The notes beneath the pieces were generated by a model, which saw nothing but the letters and a program-made list of their open reading frames with translations, did no database searches and was not told where the DNA came from. A DNA stretch of 64,000 bases from Lama glama (taxonomy: Eukaryota), in the NCBI GenBank assembly GCA_028534125.1, contig CM052818.1, forward strand, positions 40,798,001 through 40,862,000. Reading direction: 5' to 3'. Of this stretch, positions 11,792 through 25,099 are shown one piece after another (position 1 is the first letter of the stretch; every line of letters starts with the position of its first letter). A program made the translations under genes and the position numbers.

Positions 11792-14359
11792 AAGAATATT
11801 GCCTTATAATATGTAAAAGATTTTCATCTCTATTACATCTTTGGAGCTTCACCACAACCCCCCCATCAGAGAGTTGAGGAAACTGAAGTTTAGAGAGGCT
11901 TTTTGTGCTTGCCTACCTTACAACTACCAGTTAGTGGCAGAATTAAGAGACTGCACCAGTGGTCGAAGGAACAGGGGATCCCCAGCTGAAAATGTGAAAT
12001 GTAGGGGGTTAATGAGTGGCTCTGTTTGTTGCCCAGACCTGGGGGAGGGCTGAGACATCGGGCTCTAAAGAACAGCTGCATCTCGGGGCTGAGCCTATGT
12101 CATCTGCAGGCTCAAAGGGTGGGCTCATTACTGCAGCTGTTGCTGGCTTTAGGGAGCCAGCCAGCTGTTCCTGGGAGAGGGAATCAAAGGGAACAGAGGA
12201 AATGGAATCCTGCGAAAATAACCGTGCCTGTATGTTCTCCCTCCTCGTAGCTCAAAACAGTTCTAAATATGTAATCTAATTACTCTTTGTAGGAAGACCG
12301 GGTTGGGCAAGTCCAAGTGAGGAAGCCAGGCAGAGAGAAGGTAAGTGTCTTAAAACTGGCTTTTCCTGGACATTCTTAAGAATGGAAAGCAGAGTCTTTG
12401 AGGGTTGCACAACCTTCTCAATCATTTATGATCAGCTCTACAGAAGAGTGTTCTTGGGAGAGCTGGGGAGCCCTGGGAGTGCCAGGTGGCGCTAAGGAAC
12501 AGACAATGGGGCTGGAGATACAATTCCCCCCACCCCCATCCCTGACCCACAACGCAAGCTGTTGCCCTCTTACGGATCTTAACAACTTTTTCCAACACTT
12601 TGGGTACTGTGCCTGGTGATGAACCCTTGGTCTGTTTTCTCAATATTCTTATTTCCCATCTCACTTGTCATGAAGGCTCCCTGTTCCCTCCTCACCTCTC
12701 CCTTTCCTTCAGCCTGGACTTCCTCTTCTCCTTCTCCTTAGAAGACAGGCTGCTCATCCCATTGCTCTATCTTGGCCAGTATAGGTTTCCTGCCCAGGGT
12801 GAGAGGGGCCACCCCATTGCCTCTCCAAATCCTAATCGTTTTTGCTGGTCTACTCTGACTACTGGTCAACCCCGCGGTCATGGCTTCTATTGTGTTTATA
12901 GTGGGTGCTACACAGGCTAACGCAAGGTTTTCCCCCTGCGATGTGGTCCACTCCACTGGATGATAAGCTGAGGACTAAGAGGAGAGGTTGCCTTTCTTCT
13001 AATTACCCTCCACTGCCCATCACTCACTGTGTAAAGATATGTATTCAGTGCCCACTTTCTTGAAAACATCTTTACTCTTTTAAACTCATTTTGCTACTTT
13101 AAACAATCCTGTTTTCTACTGGGTTGAACTTTCAAATCATTATGAATTTTTATGGAGAACTTTCCATGCATTTTGATTAGCCCTTTAGGTAGAGACTATT
13201 AGTACCCATATTTCACAGTGAAAACTCTGTGGCTCAAAGAGGTAAAAATAACTTGCTCGAGGTCACACGCTAGTGGTCCAAGATCTTAACCATTTGTTAC
13301 AGTGCTTTGCACAGAACACTGAAAAGACCTTTTGGAAGTGTACAAATAAAGAGTTCTGATATAATAGACGTTCCAAATACATGGATGGGCTGGCATTTGG
13401 AGCATGGGGCATTCCTCTCCAAAGGCTGGGCTCTTGCTACCATATCCTGAGCCTCATCTAGGAACAATATGGTCCAGTCAAGGGTTGGTCCTCTTTAGAT
13501 ACTTATTTGAAACTTATTACATGGCTAGTGACAACCAGCTTGGGGAAGGGGTGGTCAGGAGGGGGTTCAAACTCCAGTCACTGTACCTCTGTACATTGAT
13601 TATTTGACCTCAGAAGACCTAGGGAAAGGGGCTTGAACTCTGATCTCTGTTTCCTGGAAAGCTATGACCCTGTATCTGTGGGCACTGCCTTGGAGACAAT
13701 TCCTTTTTGACAAAAGTGATAGCCCTTTCTCTTAACTGAACCAACAATGGGTGAATTATGAGGTAAGCCAGCGAACTTTCTTGGGAAGCCTGAGGCCAAG
13801 GCATAAACGGGCTCAACTCGTTTTTGGGAGTAATCTTTGCTGAGAACACATTCTTGCTGAAGCTCTTTTTTAGAGACTGAACTGATCATATTACACCTCA
13901 GCCAAACCCTTTGGCAGGTTGTACGCTTCAGCTCAAGGTTACCTGCACAAAGGAGATGGAACATGCAGGTCAGAGCCACCATTACCTGATGTCTGCTAGG
14001 CTGGATCCCACAGTGCAGGATGGAGAAGTTATCCTGGTAGCCCCGTGGGCTCCACTGCCTTTGTCTGCTCCCTTTAATGAATGCTCTGTGCCCCCCGGGT
14101 TTCTTCCAACACCTACTCTTCTCACATGAGCCTGCTCTGGAGGGCTTTCCCCTTCCCTAAAACTGACGTACGCCTTGTCCACCCTCATCCACAGAGATGC
14201 TGTGCCTTACAACAAACAAAAAGCCAAAGGATGTTCTCCAGGAGGAACTGGCATTTGAATTGACTCAAATACTTTCTAAGCTTCTTTTCTGGGTCCAGGG
14301 AGGGGTTCTGATTCTGAAGACCCAGAGGCAAAAGTCACAGGCTTGCCCCCAAAGATCCA

Positions 14360-14652
14360 GGACTAGGCAACTCGATATGGCCTCAACCGCCACATGTGGC
14401 CCTTGAAATGTAGCTGAAGCTGAAATGAGCTCTAAGTGTAAACTATGTACCAGATTTCAAATACTCAGTGTGATTTTTTAAAATCTCACTGATTATTTTT
14501 ATATTATTACCTGCTGAAATAACATTTTGGATATATTGAGTTAAATCAAACATGTTATTAAGATTAATTTTATCTATTTATTTCCCTTAAACAAAATGTG
14601 GCCAGTAGAAAATTAAAGATTACTGGCATTATATTTCCTTTGCACAGTTCTG
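14360..14652. mobile_element. hAT-Charlie DNA transposon fossil (MER33/MER3-like)
   Basis: 'gccacatgtggc...ttgaaatgtagct...ttttggatatattgagttaaat...aaaatgtggccagtagaaaatt' is typical of MER33. Confidence 0.65.
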
Positions 14653-14917
14653 GTGTACGAATGTCATAAGAGGAGGTGGATCATGCTATGAAGCATTGTA
14701 AAGACGCTGGAAATGTGCTGTGGGAGGAGAGAGAAGGGGGAAATAAATTTCAGCTGGACAACCCAGGAAGGCTTCCTGAACAAAGTGACATCAGAACTGC
14801 GTCTTGAAATAGGATTAGAGGGAAAAGGCTTGGAGGCAGCCACACCCAGATCTAAGATGGGAACTTTGGACCTTAGCTGGTTGGAGGACCAAAACAGACT
14901 TTGTGGTGCTAGGGTCC

Positions 14918-15082
14918 TCTGAGTGTTTCCAAATCTGTATCAGAATGTCCTGGTAGTTTTAAAAGAGCACAGGTTCCTGGGATCACCCCAAACCCTCTGA
15001 GCCAGAGTTCATGGGTGTGAGGCCCAGACATCCGTGTTTCACAAAACTCTACAGCTTGCCGATCCCAGTCTGGGAACCTGTG
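14918..15082. mobile_element. MER5-like hAT-Charlie MITE
   Basis: 'tatcagaatgtcctgg...caggttcctgggatcacccca...gaggcccagacatccgtgtttcacaa...tgggaacc'. Confidence 0.55.
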
Positions 15083-15458
15083 TTTGAAAGTACCTCTGAG
15101 ACGCCAGCCATGGCTAGAAGCATTCTTGGCATCTCTGTTCTTTTTTACATCCTTTGAGGAGAAGCACCTGAAATACAGAGCTCGATAAAACAGCTCACAT
15201 CCTGGGCTGGTCTCGCAGATTCTCCCACCATGGGAGCCCAAGGGGAGGGCTCGTGGGCTGTGCTCATCTCCTTGTTACCACCTAAGGTACCTGTTGAGTG
15301 GCTCTTGCCTGCTCAGTGACCAGCCCCTGCCAGAGCACTGATTCCAGCCAAAAAAAAAAAAAAAATCCCTGCAGGCTAATATTTGATCACTCTGAACAGT
15401 GTGTTATATACTTTCAAAAGCTCTTTATGGCTGCAGTGGATTAAAACAAGGAGGTAGA

Positions 15459-15510
15459 AAGAGAGAGAGAGACAGAGAGAGAAAAAGGGAAGGAGGGAGA
15501 GAGAGAGAGA
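15459..15510. repeat. GA-rich simple repeat
   Basis: Interrupted (GA)n purine tract. Confidence 0.85.
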
Positions 15511-18104
15511 TTCGTTATTCTGACTGTACTATGGTGAATGGATCTGTGCCCCCAAACAACATTATTTTCCTTCTCTACTTTCTTCACCCCCTACATTCCT
15601 CTCTGATGTATAGCAGTGTGTCTCTAAGTGTGACCCAAAGAGCCCCTGACTTGGAAGCTATGGCAGTGGGGGCCAACAATTTGTCTAACAGACTCTTCAG
15701 ACAAGTCCTACAAAGTCTGAATTTGAGAACAGTTGGTCTAGAGGTTTGCAGTCCCCAAGGCACTCATCTGGCACCGGATCCAGCAGTTTCCCCTGTCAAT
15801 GTTGGGCAGCCTCATGCGTCCTACCCTCTCTCATTTCCATTGGCTCCCTTTGAGCTGTGCACAGTCACTTAATGTCACCCTTACTGGGTTGAAAAAGCAA
15901 TGGCCTCCTCCATGGGGTATCACCAAGCCAGCTTTGCTCTCACAAACTCACTTTCAGATAAGCTAATTCATTCAACTGGCAACACACATTTCCCAGGAAC
16001 TGTATCTATTATGTAGCAGAAACCCCACTATGTTCTGGAGATGTACAAGGAACCAGTCGAGGTCTCCGGACCAGGGTGCTCACTCTCTAGATCAGAGGTT
16101 AGCAGTGTGACAGAGGTCAGAAGTGGGCTTCGGGCATCAGATACAGCACACAGCAATCATCGCGTACATTCCCATGTAAACTTTACTGGTAACTAAAAGA
16201 TTATCAAAAGTTTTAAAGGTTTTGTGTAACTGAAAAAGGGCTACCAGCTACTGGATGGATTGATAACAACGTTGAGCGCTTTCTAGAAAGAGAAAACGTC
16301 ATCGCTGGAGATCTAGCAAAGCGATGCCAAGGCAGGATCATTGTGCTGCTGTCACTAGCAGGTGAACTGTTTGCTCCAGGATGGGTGACATCAAGATGCA
16401 GAGAAGTTTCCTTATGTACTGAGATCCAAAGGGTCCCTTGAGGCACAATTGAGTGCCACCGATGACAGCCTGTCCTCCTGATGGTGTATCTCATTTCTGA
16501 GAATTGAGGTTAGGTCGGAGGGATGGATGGCCAGAAAGAGTGTTTTGGTAGAAATGAATTGGGAGCCATAACGTAGGAGCAACTGGGGCTGTGCAGAGAG
16601 GGCTTGCTGGGTAAGATTTAAAGCCGTTGGACCAGCATCATCTCCTACTCATGTCGTTCTGAGCACGGGGCCCCACAGCTGCACAGCTGACCAGAATCAT
16701 TTAGGAGAGACCTTTCCAAGGAGCAGCACAATTGACACCAGAATCCACCCTGGTGGTTAGAGGGGAGATTTCTGCTTCTGCAGCCATTCTTCCTGGAGAG
16801 GAAGCTTCCCCGGGGCCTCTGCTGTGAGGCTGGTATCTGGGGAGAGCAGAGAGGATGCCTGAAACTCCCCGTCTGACCCCCAGCTCAGCCACCCCAAGGC
16901 GTTTGCAGGAATGCCCCAGGGCAGGGGAAGGAGAAGCCCCTCTCTGGACTGGAGCGGGGTGGGGAGTGAAGGTGAGGAAGCTGCAGCTCAAGCTTTGAAC
17001 CTGATCTCTCACCCTCAACAGGAAAACTCAGCCCCAGCAACGACTTTCTGATGACTCCCAGTTTGGCACTTCAAGGCCTCGTCTTTGAGGATGGGGATGG
17101 GATTTTCCAAGGAGGAAGGGAACTTGCCTAATCTTCTGACTTGTAAAAGCCAGTCTCAGAAAGTTTGGGGAGAGGCTGCAGGTAGGTGAGTAATCCTTGT
17201 TTCCAGGGGAGGCCTTCTTGGTCCAAATGCCAACCCAGGTGGTTGGTGAATGCCGGCTGATCTTCGAATACAGACTGGCCGTCTCAAGAAATCCACAGAA
17301 GGATTGCGTCCAGCTCTTTGTTCTGCTGGCTCTTTGCTCTTCAGCCCAGGAGCATGTTTCACAGGCCGGTCACCTCTGCCAGGAACCTGTGCCCTTCAGC
17401 GCGCCCCACCACCTGCCCTGGGAAAGGATGGTTTGTGTTAGTCTCCTGAGTTCAGATCCTGGTTCCACCAGCCACTCACTGCAGAACCTTTGATCAGTTT
17501 TCCCTCTGAGCCAGGGCTCAGCTGTAACACGAGGGTAGTTATGAACTGTATCTCGCTGGGTTGTGATGAAGATTAAATAAGACAAAGCACCGAGCCCACG
17601 GAGGTGCCTGTGGGATTCGTCTCTTTCATCTTTCACATTTAGCACAGCAAACACACAGCATGTCTTCTCATAAACCTGACACCGGCTACTTTGCATGAGT
17701 CATTCTCTGAACCTCTGTTTCCTAGATGGTTTCTAGGATCCCTTCCAGCAGCAAAAATGTAAGGGTCTGAGACTCTGAGCTTGTTTCCAACAGGCTTTCT
17801 CTGGGTCAGAAAGCAGCTCTGTTCAGCAAATCCTACAGGGCTGCAGAGGATGGGTCCAAACCAAGCCGTGCAGCTGTTGGGCCGCAGACGTCTGTGTGAA
17901 AGACGAGTAGAAAGAAAGGAAACCTCCAAGAGGAGCTGCAAAGGAAGACAGCTGCAAGTCTGTCCTGAGTAAATCAAATTGTGACGTTTATTGGGCTATT
18001 TCCAGAATAACACCAGCAAGAAAACCGCAGTGGAGGGTAATCTTGTCCAAGAAGGAGCTTAGCTAAGTAGCCTGCAACAGCCACCGGAGTCAGGCTGGCT
18101 GAAT

Positions 18105-18320
18105 GAAAAGGCCATAGGTTTGGAGATACACAGACTTGGGTTTTAATTCTGTCCCCATTACTTCTTAATAGTGACTTGGGGCAGGATATTGAACCTCTTT
18201 GAGCCTCATTTTTCTCCTCCCTTAACAACCACAAAAAAAGGTAAATAACAAAACTTGCAGGGAGGTTATGGGGGTGAGAAATTAACAAAAGTACTTGATA
18301 TACAGTTGGTATTCAATAAA
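18105..18320 (+). mobile_element. MIR SINE
   Basis: 'cagacttgggttttaattctg...gtgacttggggcagg...gaacctctttgagcctcattttt...tcaataaat'. Confidence 0.7.
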
Positions 18321-18856
18321 TAGGAGCTATATGACTATGAGCATAGCACCCAGGGCACATAGGCTGGAAACCTCTGCACCTGGAGCCATCATTTCTCAAA
18401 TCTGTACCTGGTACAGCGTAGAGAAATGGGGGGGGGGGGCGGCGAAGGAGGAGGCAGGCAAGCCTTGGGCGGGGGAATGGGTAGAGGGGAGAAAGGAGAT
18501 CAAAAGGCCTATAAATATCTGTCAAACTTTAAAATGCAAATCCCTTGTCTACAGCCCTGTTGGGACCAAATCTTCGTTTATCACCTTTCCAGGAAGAGCT
18601 TGAGAGAGGAAAAGGTTAAGCATAGTCTCTCCTTTCATGGAGCCTTTTGGTTTGGTTTGGTGTGCTTTTGTGGACAAGCTTGGATTTCATTCAGCTCCGA
18701 CCTGGAAGCACCAGCAGAGGGTTAAGACACTAACTGCATAAGGTTTTCTTTGTGAATAGATGATGAGTTGGTCCAGGAAACTGTCTAACCCTTACCATAG
18801 CCCCTGCAATTTGCATGATACTTGGCTTAGAGCACCTGCCTGTTGAATGAATGAGT

Positions 18857-18892
18857 GGATGGACGGATGGACGGACGGATGGATGGATGGAC
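18857..18892. repeat. (GGAT/GGAC)9 tetranucleotide repeat
   Basis: Read directly. Preceded by (TGAA)n, which resembles an L2 tail. Confidence 0.9.
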
Positions 18893-19909
18893 ATGAATTC
18901 TGAGCATAGTAAGTCATCTTCACCAGCTGATGACCTAGTCCTCAGGGATCTCCTTATCAACACTTCACCGGGAGCCACAGTTAGAGGTCGGGGAGTTCCT
19001 TCTGAGGGGCAGTCCTCATGAGGGGCAGCTGTGGCCCTCTAAGAAACTCTTGGATGGCCTCTGTCAGTGGCCAGGGCTCTGTGCAGCCCCTCCCTGGGCA
19101 GACATGATGCTGCAGGGCAGCTCTGCCCCTCACCTGCCCCAAAGAGGTAGCTTCATCGTATGAGTCCTGTTGGAGATTTATTTCTCAAGAAAGTATGGAA
19201 TTCCAGGTTAATCCTACATAGGAGACCTTCAAGGGTAAGAGAGCCAATAATTATGTGACACTCTGTGCCGGGTCCTGGTGCGTCTCCCCCCACCCAGCCA
19301 CCATCATAAATAGGAAACCCAGAACCTCACTCCCTTTCCCCCTCGCCTCTTCCCTTGCTGGTCTTGCTTTCTCATGAAATCGTATTTATACATAATGGAT
19401 GAGTGGGCTTATTTTTTGTTTTTTGTTTTTAAGACAAAAGGATCTAACAAATGTGCCCAGACTGGAATGCCCTAAAGCACATGTCATTTACAAGACTCTC
19501 CTGGATAAACTCACCTGACTTTGGCTTATGCAAGAAGCCGATAGTCCTTTTTCCCCATCTCTAAACTGCCTCCACCATTCAAGCCTCCTATCAAGTTCCT
19601 CACCCCTAGGGAGCCTCTGGGGATCGCCTGGGTCCTCACTGACTGACCACTCTTTTACATTCTGATGCCCTCTGCTGCCACCTTTTCACCCAGGACTTAT
19701 TTGTAGTATCTGTTATTTCAAGAACAGAAGAGTCTGGTATCACAACTAAGTTATAAACATCTGAAAGAGAGGGACCAGGCATTACCCCTGTGTACTCTTC
19801 ACCAAGTCTCACCAGAACTGAATCCATCTCAAGAATTCAATCAAAAATTGCGTGTTGGTGGTCAAAGCTCAGGCTTTGGCTTCAGGAAGGTTTGGGTTCA
19901 AACGTTAAC

Positions 19910-20540
19910 TTCATCCACTCCTTCATTCAACAAGGATGTATTAAACGCCTGCTACATAGTAGGCACCGCTGCCAGCTCTGGGGAAATAACGAAAAACAAG
20001 GCAAAATTTCTTCTTTATGTTGTTACTCTAATGACATGAGACAAGCAAACAAAATCTAATAATCTATGAAGAAGATAGCGGGGTGGGAGTGAGGAGGCAG
20101 CTGCTCAGCGAGCGTGCTCACAGAAGTCCTAGCTGAAAGGTGTAAAGGAGCGTACCACCCAGAGGTCTGCCAGAAGTCCAGGCAGAGGGAGCACCAAGCT
20201 CAAGAGCCAGAATGTGGAACGAGCTCTGCTCGGGGGTTAAGGAGACAAAAGAAAGCCGGTGCCCCTGGAGCCAGGTGAGCGAGAGGGAAGAGGCGGGAGA
20301 GAAGGTTAGGCAGACAGGCAGGGGTCAGCCGCAGAGGACTTCACAGGCTCTGTCAAGGACTTTGGAATTTAGACTGAGTGAGATGGGAAGCTTTTGCAGG
20401 GGGGCTGTTTGAAAATGATTTGTGTTTTATTTGTCTGGCTGATGTGTGCCTGTCAAAGGTCATGAGTGTTTTGAAGCAAATAGATCAGTTAGAAGGTGCT
20501 TTTTGTAGTTCCTTTAAGAGATGATGGAACCTGCACTTTG
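19910..20540 (-). mobile_element. L2 LINE 3' fragment
   Basis: 'cattcaacaaggatgtattaaacgcctgctac...ccaggcagagggagcacc...aaggactttggaattt...gagtgagatgggaagc' is a typical L2 3' region. Confidence 0.6.
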
Positions 20541-20978
20541 GAGGTAGTAAACCAGCTGGGAGGAGGAGTATGCGCTAATGGTGTGACCACAGCCTTGTTG
20601 CTTTCCTTCCTTGGGTTGCTTTCAAGATGAATAAAAATGTACTTAACAGATTCAATTATAATGGGGCCTCTGGCCCATTGTTGGCACTGTGCAAAGGTGA
20701 TTCAAGTCCGAAATGAATGCTAAAAAGGAGACACTTTTAACTAATGCTCTGCTGAGAACTTGCAACCTTGTCTTGAGGACATCTGGCCCTGGTGGTTAGA
20801 GCTTTGAAGGAAGGGGACAAATCTTCTGGGATATTTGGTATCCTGCCAGTATTTCAGGGGTGTGTTTTATTATTTTTGAATATTTTTTAATTTAAATTGA
20901 AGTATAGTCAGTTACAATGTGTCAATTTCTGGGACATTTTGCCATACACCCGAAATTAACACATTGTGGTCATTTCTT

Positions 20979-21454
20979 TTTTTTTTTTTAACTTTTTATT
21001 AAGTTATAGTCATTTTACAATGTTGTGTCAAATTCCAGTGCAGAGCACAATTTTCCAGTTATACATGAACATACATATATTCATTGTCACATTTTTTTGT
21101 CTCCATGAGCTACCACAAGATCTTGTATATATTTCCCTGTACTATACAGTATAATCTTGTTTATTCTACATATGCCTATCAGTATCTACAAATTTTGAAC
21201 TCCCAGTCTATCCCTTCCCACCCATCCTCTCCCTTGGCAACCACAAGTTTGTATTCTATGTCTATGAGTCTGTTTCTGTTTTATATTTGTTCTTTTTTTT
21301 TAGATTCCACATATGAGTGATCTCATATGGTATTTTTCTTTCTCTTTCTGGCTTACTTCACTTAGAATGACATTCTCCAGGGACATCCACTTTGCTGCAA
21401 ATGGCATTATGTTGTCAGTTTTTGTGGCTGAATAGTATTCCACTGTATAAATAT
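20979..21454 (-). mobile_element. Young 5'-truncated LINE-1 with a perfect 18-bp flanking duplication
   Basis: ORF2 C-terminus YTVEYYSATKTDNIMPFAAKWMSLENVILSEVSQKEKEKYHMRSLICGI, with poly(T) at the left end. ACATTGTGGTCATTTCTT occurs at both 20961-20978 and 21455-21472. Confidence 0.93.
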
Positions 21455-21639
21455 ACATTGTGGTCATTTCTTGAATGTTCACAATAGTGCTTTTCTGAGA
21501 CTCTAAACTGCTCTGACTCAGTGGCCAGTTTCCTATAAATAAGATTAGTAGAGGTCATTGCATTTCTCTGATGAGTGGTTTCTTTAAAAGGGCCACAGAC
21601 TTGGATAAATGTGGAGTATATAGAAGCCTTAATTCTTGC

Positions 21640-21830
21640 CAAAGGAGCCTTGGAGTCAGACTAGCTCTAGGTTCAAATCCTGGTCCTGCATCTTACTAGA
21701 TGTTGAACTTGAATAAATTCCTTAGCTTCTCTTAGCCTCATGTATAAATAGAGGATAAAAGAGCCTGCCTTTCAGAGTTCTTGTGGGGCACGTATGAGGA
21801 ATTTGAAGAATCAGTGAGGTGGGTGGACAT
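21640..21830 (+). mobile_element. MIR SINE
   Basis: 'ttggagtcagact...ggttcaaatcctggtcctgcatcttactagatg'. Confidence 0.7.
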
Positions 21831-24800
21831 AGTAGTAAACAATCGATATGTGTCATTTCTCTTCTCCCAAAATTCATTAAAGTTTTGCATAACTGTGTGA
21901 ATGCAAAAGGGTATGCATTCACTCATACCCTTTAGTGCCCAGTATGCCTTGTTTTCTTCACATGTAGACTGGAGACAACTGTCTTCTCAAAAAAAATTAT
22001 ACAGGTTACAGTGGAATACATTTTAATGACATCATTTGTGGTTCATCAATGGATTTAGCATATCGAAATCAGTAATGCCAAATTTATACATGTACATGTC
22101 TCTCAAAAGCTGTCCTTGGCACATAAACGAGAGGAGAGAGGGGCAGAAGCGTCATTCCCACTTATGAGAAGGAAAAGCAAGCTGAAGGCGGCTTGTTCAA
22201 GGCAGCTAGTCTCCTTCAGAACTAGGACAATTACTCAGACCACTGCCTGCCTCCCAGGTTATAGAAAGTGTCCTTTGGTCTGTTTCACAGGATGTAGACC
22301 TGGTTGTACTGAGTCCTTTGACACCTCCCATTGAACTATCCCAGCTGTGAAGTCGTGGGGCCTTCACAAGGTCTGGACGAGAGACGTCTGTGTTTGGACA
22401 ACCCTGTGAAATAAGCCTTCTGGCATCTGGCAGCCACAGACTCACCATTCTCAGTTTAATAAAAGTGTACATGATTTTAGCGATAATAATTTCTCTGGAG
22501 CAGTTACTGCAACCAGTGTTGGTTTAAAACAAAACAAGACAAAAAGGCAAAGGATTTGTAGTCTACCTTCCCATGGATGGTGAATAAATCACTCATTCTC
22601 ATTTTCAGAGTCAAAGGACAGCCTTTTCAGACTTCACTCACAGCTAAAAGGCAGGTCTCTGTTGGGTGGTAAATGAAGAGATTTAAGTTATGATGATACA
22701 AACACTACAGAATTCTTTCATTAGGCCTTGGACCAGAGCATTCAAAACACACAGGCACCTTTTCCCATTTGGGGGGTCAACAGCTTCCTTTTCAGGTCTT
22801 GGCACAGAAAAATGCTGCGGAAGCCCAGACACTTAATCCTTATTAAAGAAAAGTTCTACTTTGGTGCTTACGGAAAGATTTCTTCTAAATATTAGCAAAA
22901 TAGTCAAAGTCATTCTGCCCACAGAAGGGTCAGCCGACTTTGCTGATGGCTCCCCCTCCATTGCCAAACAGGCAGTTTATTGAATTTATCTGGCCTGGGG
23001 CTCAATAAGCTATCTATTCTGACAGTCATCAGAAACGTTTCCACATTTTTTGACTATTATTGGGGCTGACTCAACGGCATCTCAGTTTAAAGGCAATGTG
23101 GCAAGTCCTTGCAAGAGGCTAATGCAAGCTGTTAGATGAGCCCGATAAAAGCTTTTCCTGGCTCAGAAGGTGATAAACATTGCCACGTTAATCTGCAGAT
23201 GAAAGGAGGCTGACTTCAGTAATATTATTTAAGCTGTTTTACCCTAAGTGCTACCAGCACCACAGGAACAGTCAGCATGTGATTTAGCCCCTTTCCCCTC
23301 AGAAAGCAAGGCATAGCACCATGGCACCTTAAAATGACTTAAAGGGGACTAGCGATCAGGCTGACGGAAGGAACCATCCAACTGGATTTGATCTTTCTCC
23401 CCAGAGGATGGAAGAACTAAGCTCCTGACTTCATCAGCAGGCCATCAGCACCCATTCACTGAATGCTTTCTGTGCCAGCCCCTCTGCTATGTCCTACAGA
23501 TTCAGAAATGCAAGATGCTCACAGCCTGGTACCTGAGACAAACATGCGAATCAGTCGACACAAAACTACTTATAGGTGGTATCTAAGAAATCTATAGGAA
23601 TTTGTAGCAACCCATTAGAAGCTACATAAACCTTTTTTAGAGAAGACCATGTTCACCCTGAGTCTTGATCAGGAAATAAGAGTTGGTGAAGCAGAGAATC
23701 AAACTGTGCAACATTCTGGCAGGGTACAAAATACTGCAAAACAGTCCTTACAGATTTGTTGAGAGGATTAAAAAGGCTAGTGAAGAGCCTTAGTTCACAC
23801 AGAGTAGGCAATCAGGAAATGCTAGTTTTCCCCCTTGCCCGGTAATTTAAAAAATTCCTTCTCTTCTCTTCTCTGGCCAGGTAGGGTGCACCTTTTGTAC
23901 TTAATATGTGTGAATTGATGAACCCACATATAAAGCTTTATATGTGGTTCATATGCTCAGAATCCTTTAGCATCCTGGTCAGTTTCTTTGCCACAGTTCT
24001 TTTCCCTTTGTCCTAAGATACCCTAGCTTGCTTTCTGCTCCTGATTCCTTATTACTTCTCCTCAATCCCTGGAGATTCCTTCACCTGCATAGCAGTTTGT
24101 TCTCTGGAGAGACTAGAGAGCCAAGTAAGCCTCCACAATTGAAGCAGACTGTTCACCATTGCCAAAGCATGCCAACTCTCATTCTTTATTCTATGTCGAG
24201 GTTACTTCAAACTCGTCATTCAGCCATTGAAATGTCCCCTGCATGTAGTGCTCCCATTCTGCTAATCATATCGCTGCCTAGACTTCAAAGCATTGTCAAA
24301 TTCTTTTGGTTTGCTGAAAGAATCTTCCCTCCTCTGAAAGACTCGTGTAGTGTTGATTGCCTATTCCATTCATTTAACAATTCTGTGCTAGCTAATCCAA
24401 TTCATTCTTGGATGTAAATATGCCACATTGCCCTACCTTGCTCCAGATTGTCATTTCATGAAAGTAAAAATTGGGTTTTACCCCACTTTGTCTTTCCAGG
24501 AAGCCCTTAGCATTTGACATGCATAATGCTTATTCAGTTGACCCTGAATACATGTGTCTGGCTTGAATGAATGTGCACTATCCAAACGACTTCACTTGGA
24601 ACCAGGAACCAGTTCCAGCAAGGCTCGGAACTGCATCCAGAGTTAGAAGTGTCAGACACCTCGGGGTCTCTACCATCTCTATCACCATACTCATTCCCAG
24701 TGATGTCAGAAATTGGTTAAGTAAGCAGATCTATAGATGAGGAGAGAAGCTTTGGCTAAAGAACCACATCTGAGTCTTAAGCACAAAAGCAGCTGAAGTC

Positions 24801-25099
24801 TTGAGAGTAGAAAATATCTAGAGTGAACAGAGAAAGAGAACTGAAGGAACACAAGTATTTAATGAGAGTGAATATTTAAGCCTTTGAGAAGTTTAAAACA
24901 AAAGGCAAGGAGTTAGGAGATAAAGCAAGAGGAAGTGTTGACATGAAAAGAGAACAGAAGTTTCCAAGAAAGAGGGAATTTCAGTAGTCCTAAATTCTGC
25001 ATAAAAGTAAATTTAAGACTGTAAATTGTTTATTAGCTTTAGTAACATGTAGGTCAATTGGTGACCTGGCAAGAAAATAGAGGCAATGAACAAAAATAA

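Noticed and set aside
11188..11877. Long ORFs containing X runs (also at 25101-25423)
   Set aside because: Artefacts of translating through N gaps.
18711..18724. CCAGCAGAGGGTTA as a CTCF site
   Set aside because: Lacks the conserved C-R after GG in the core.
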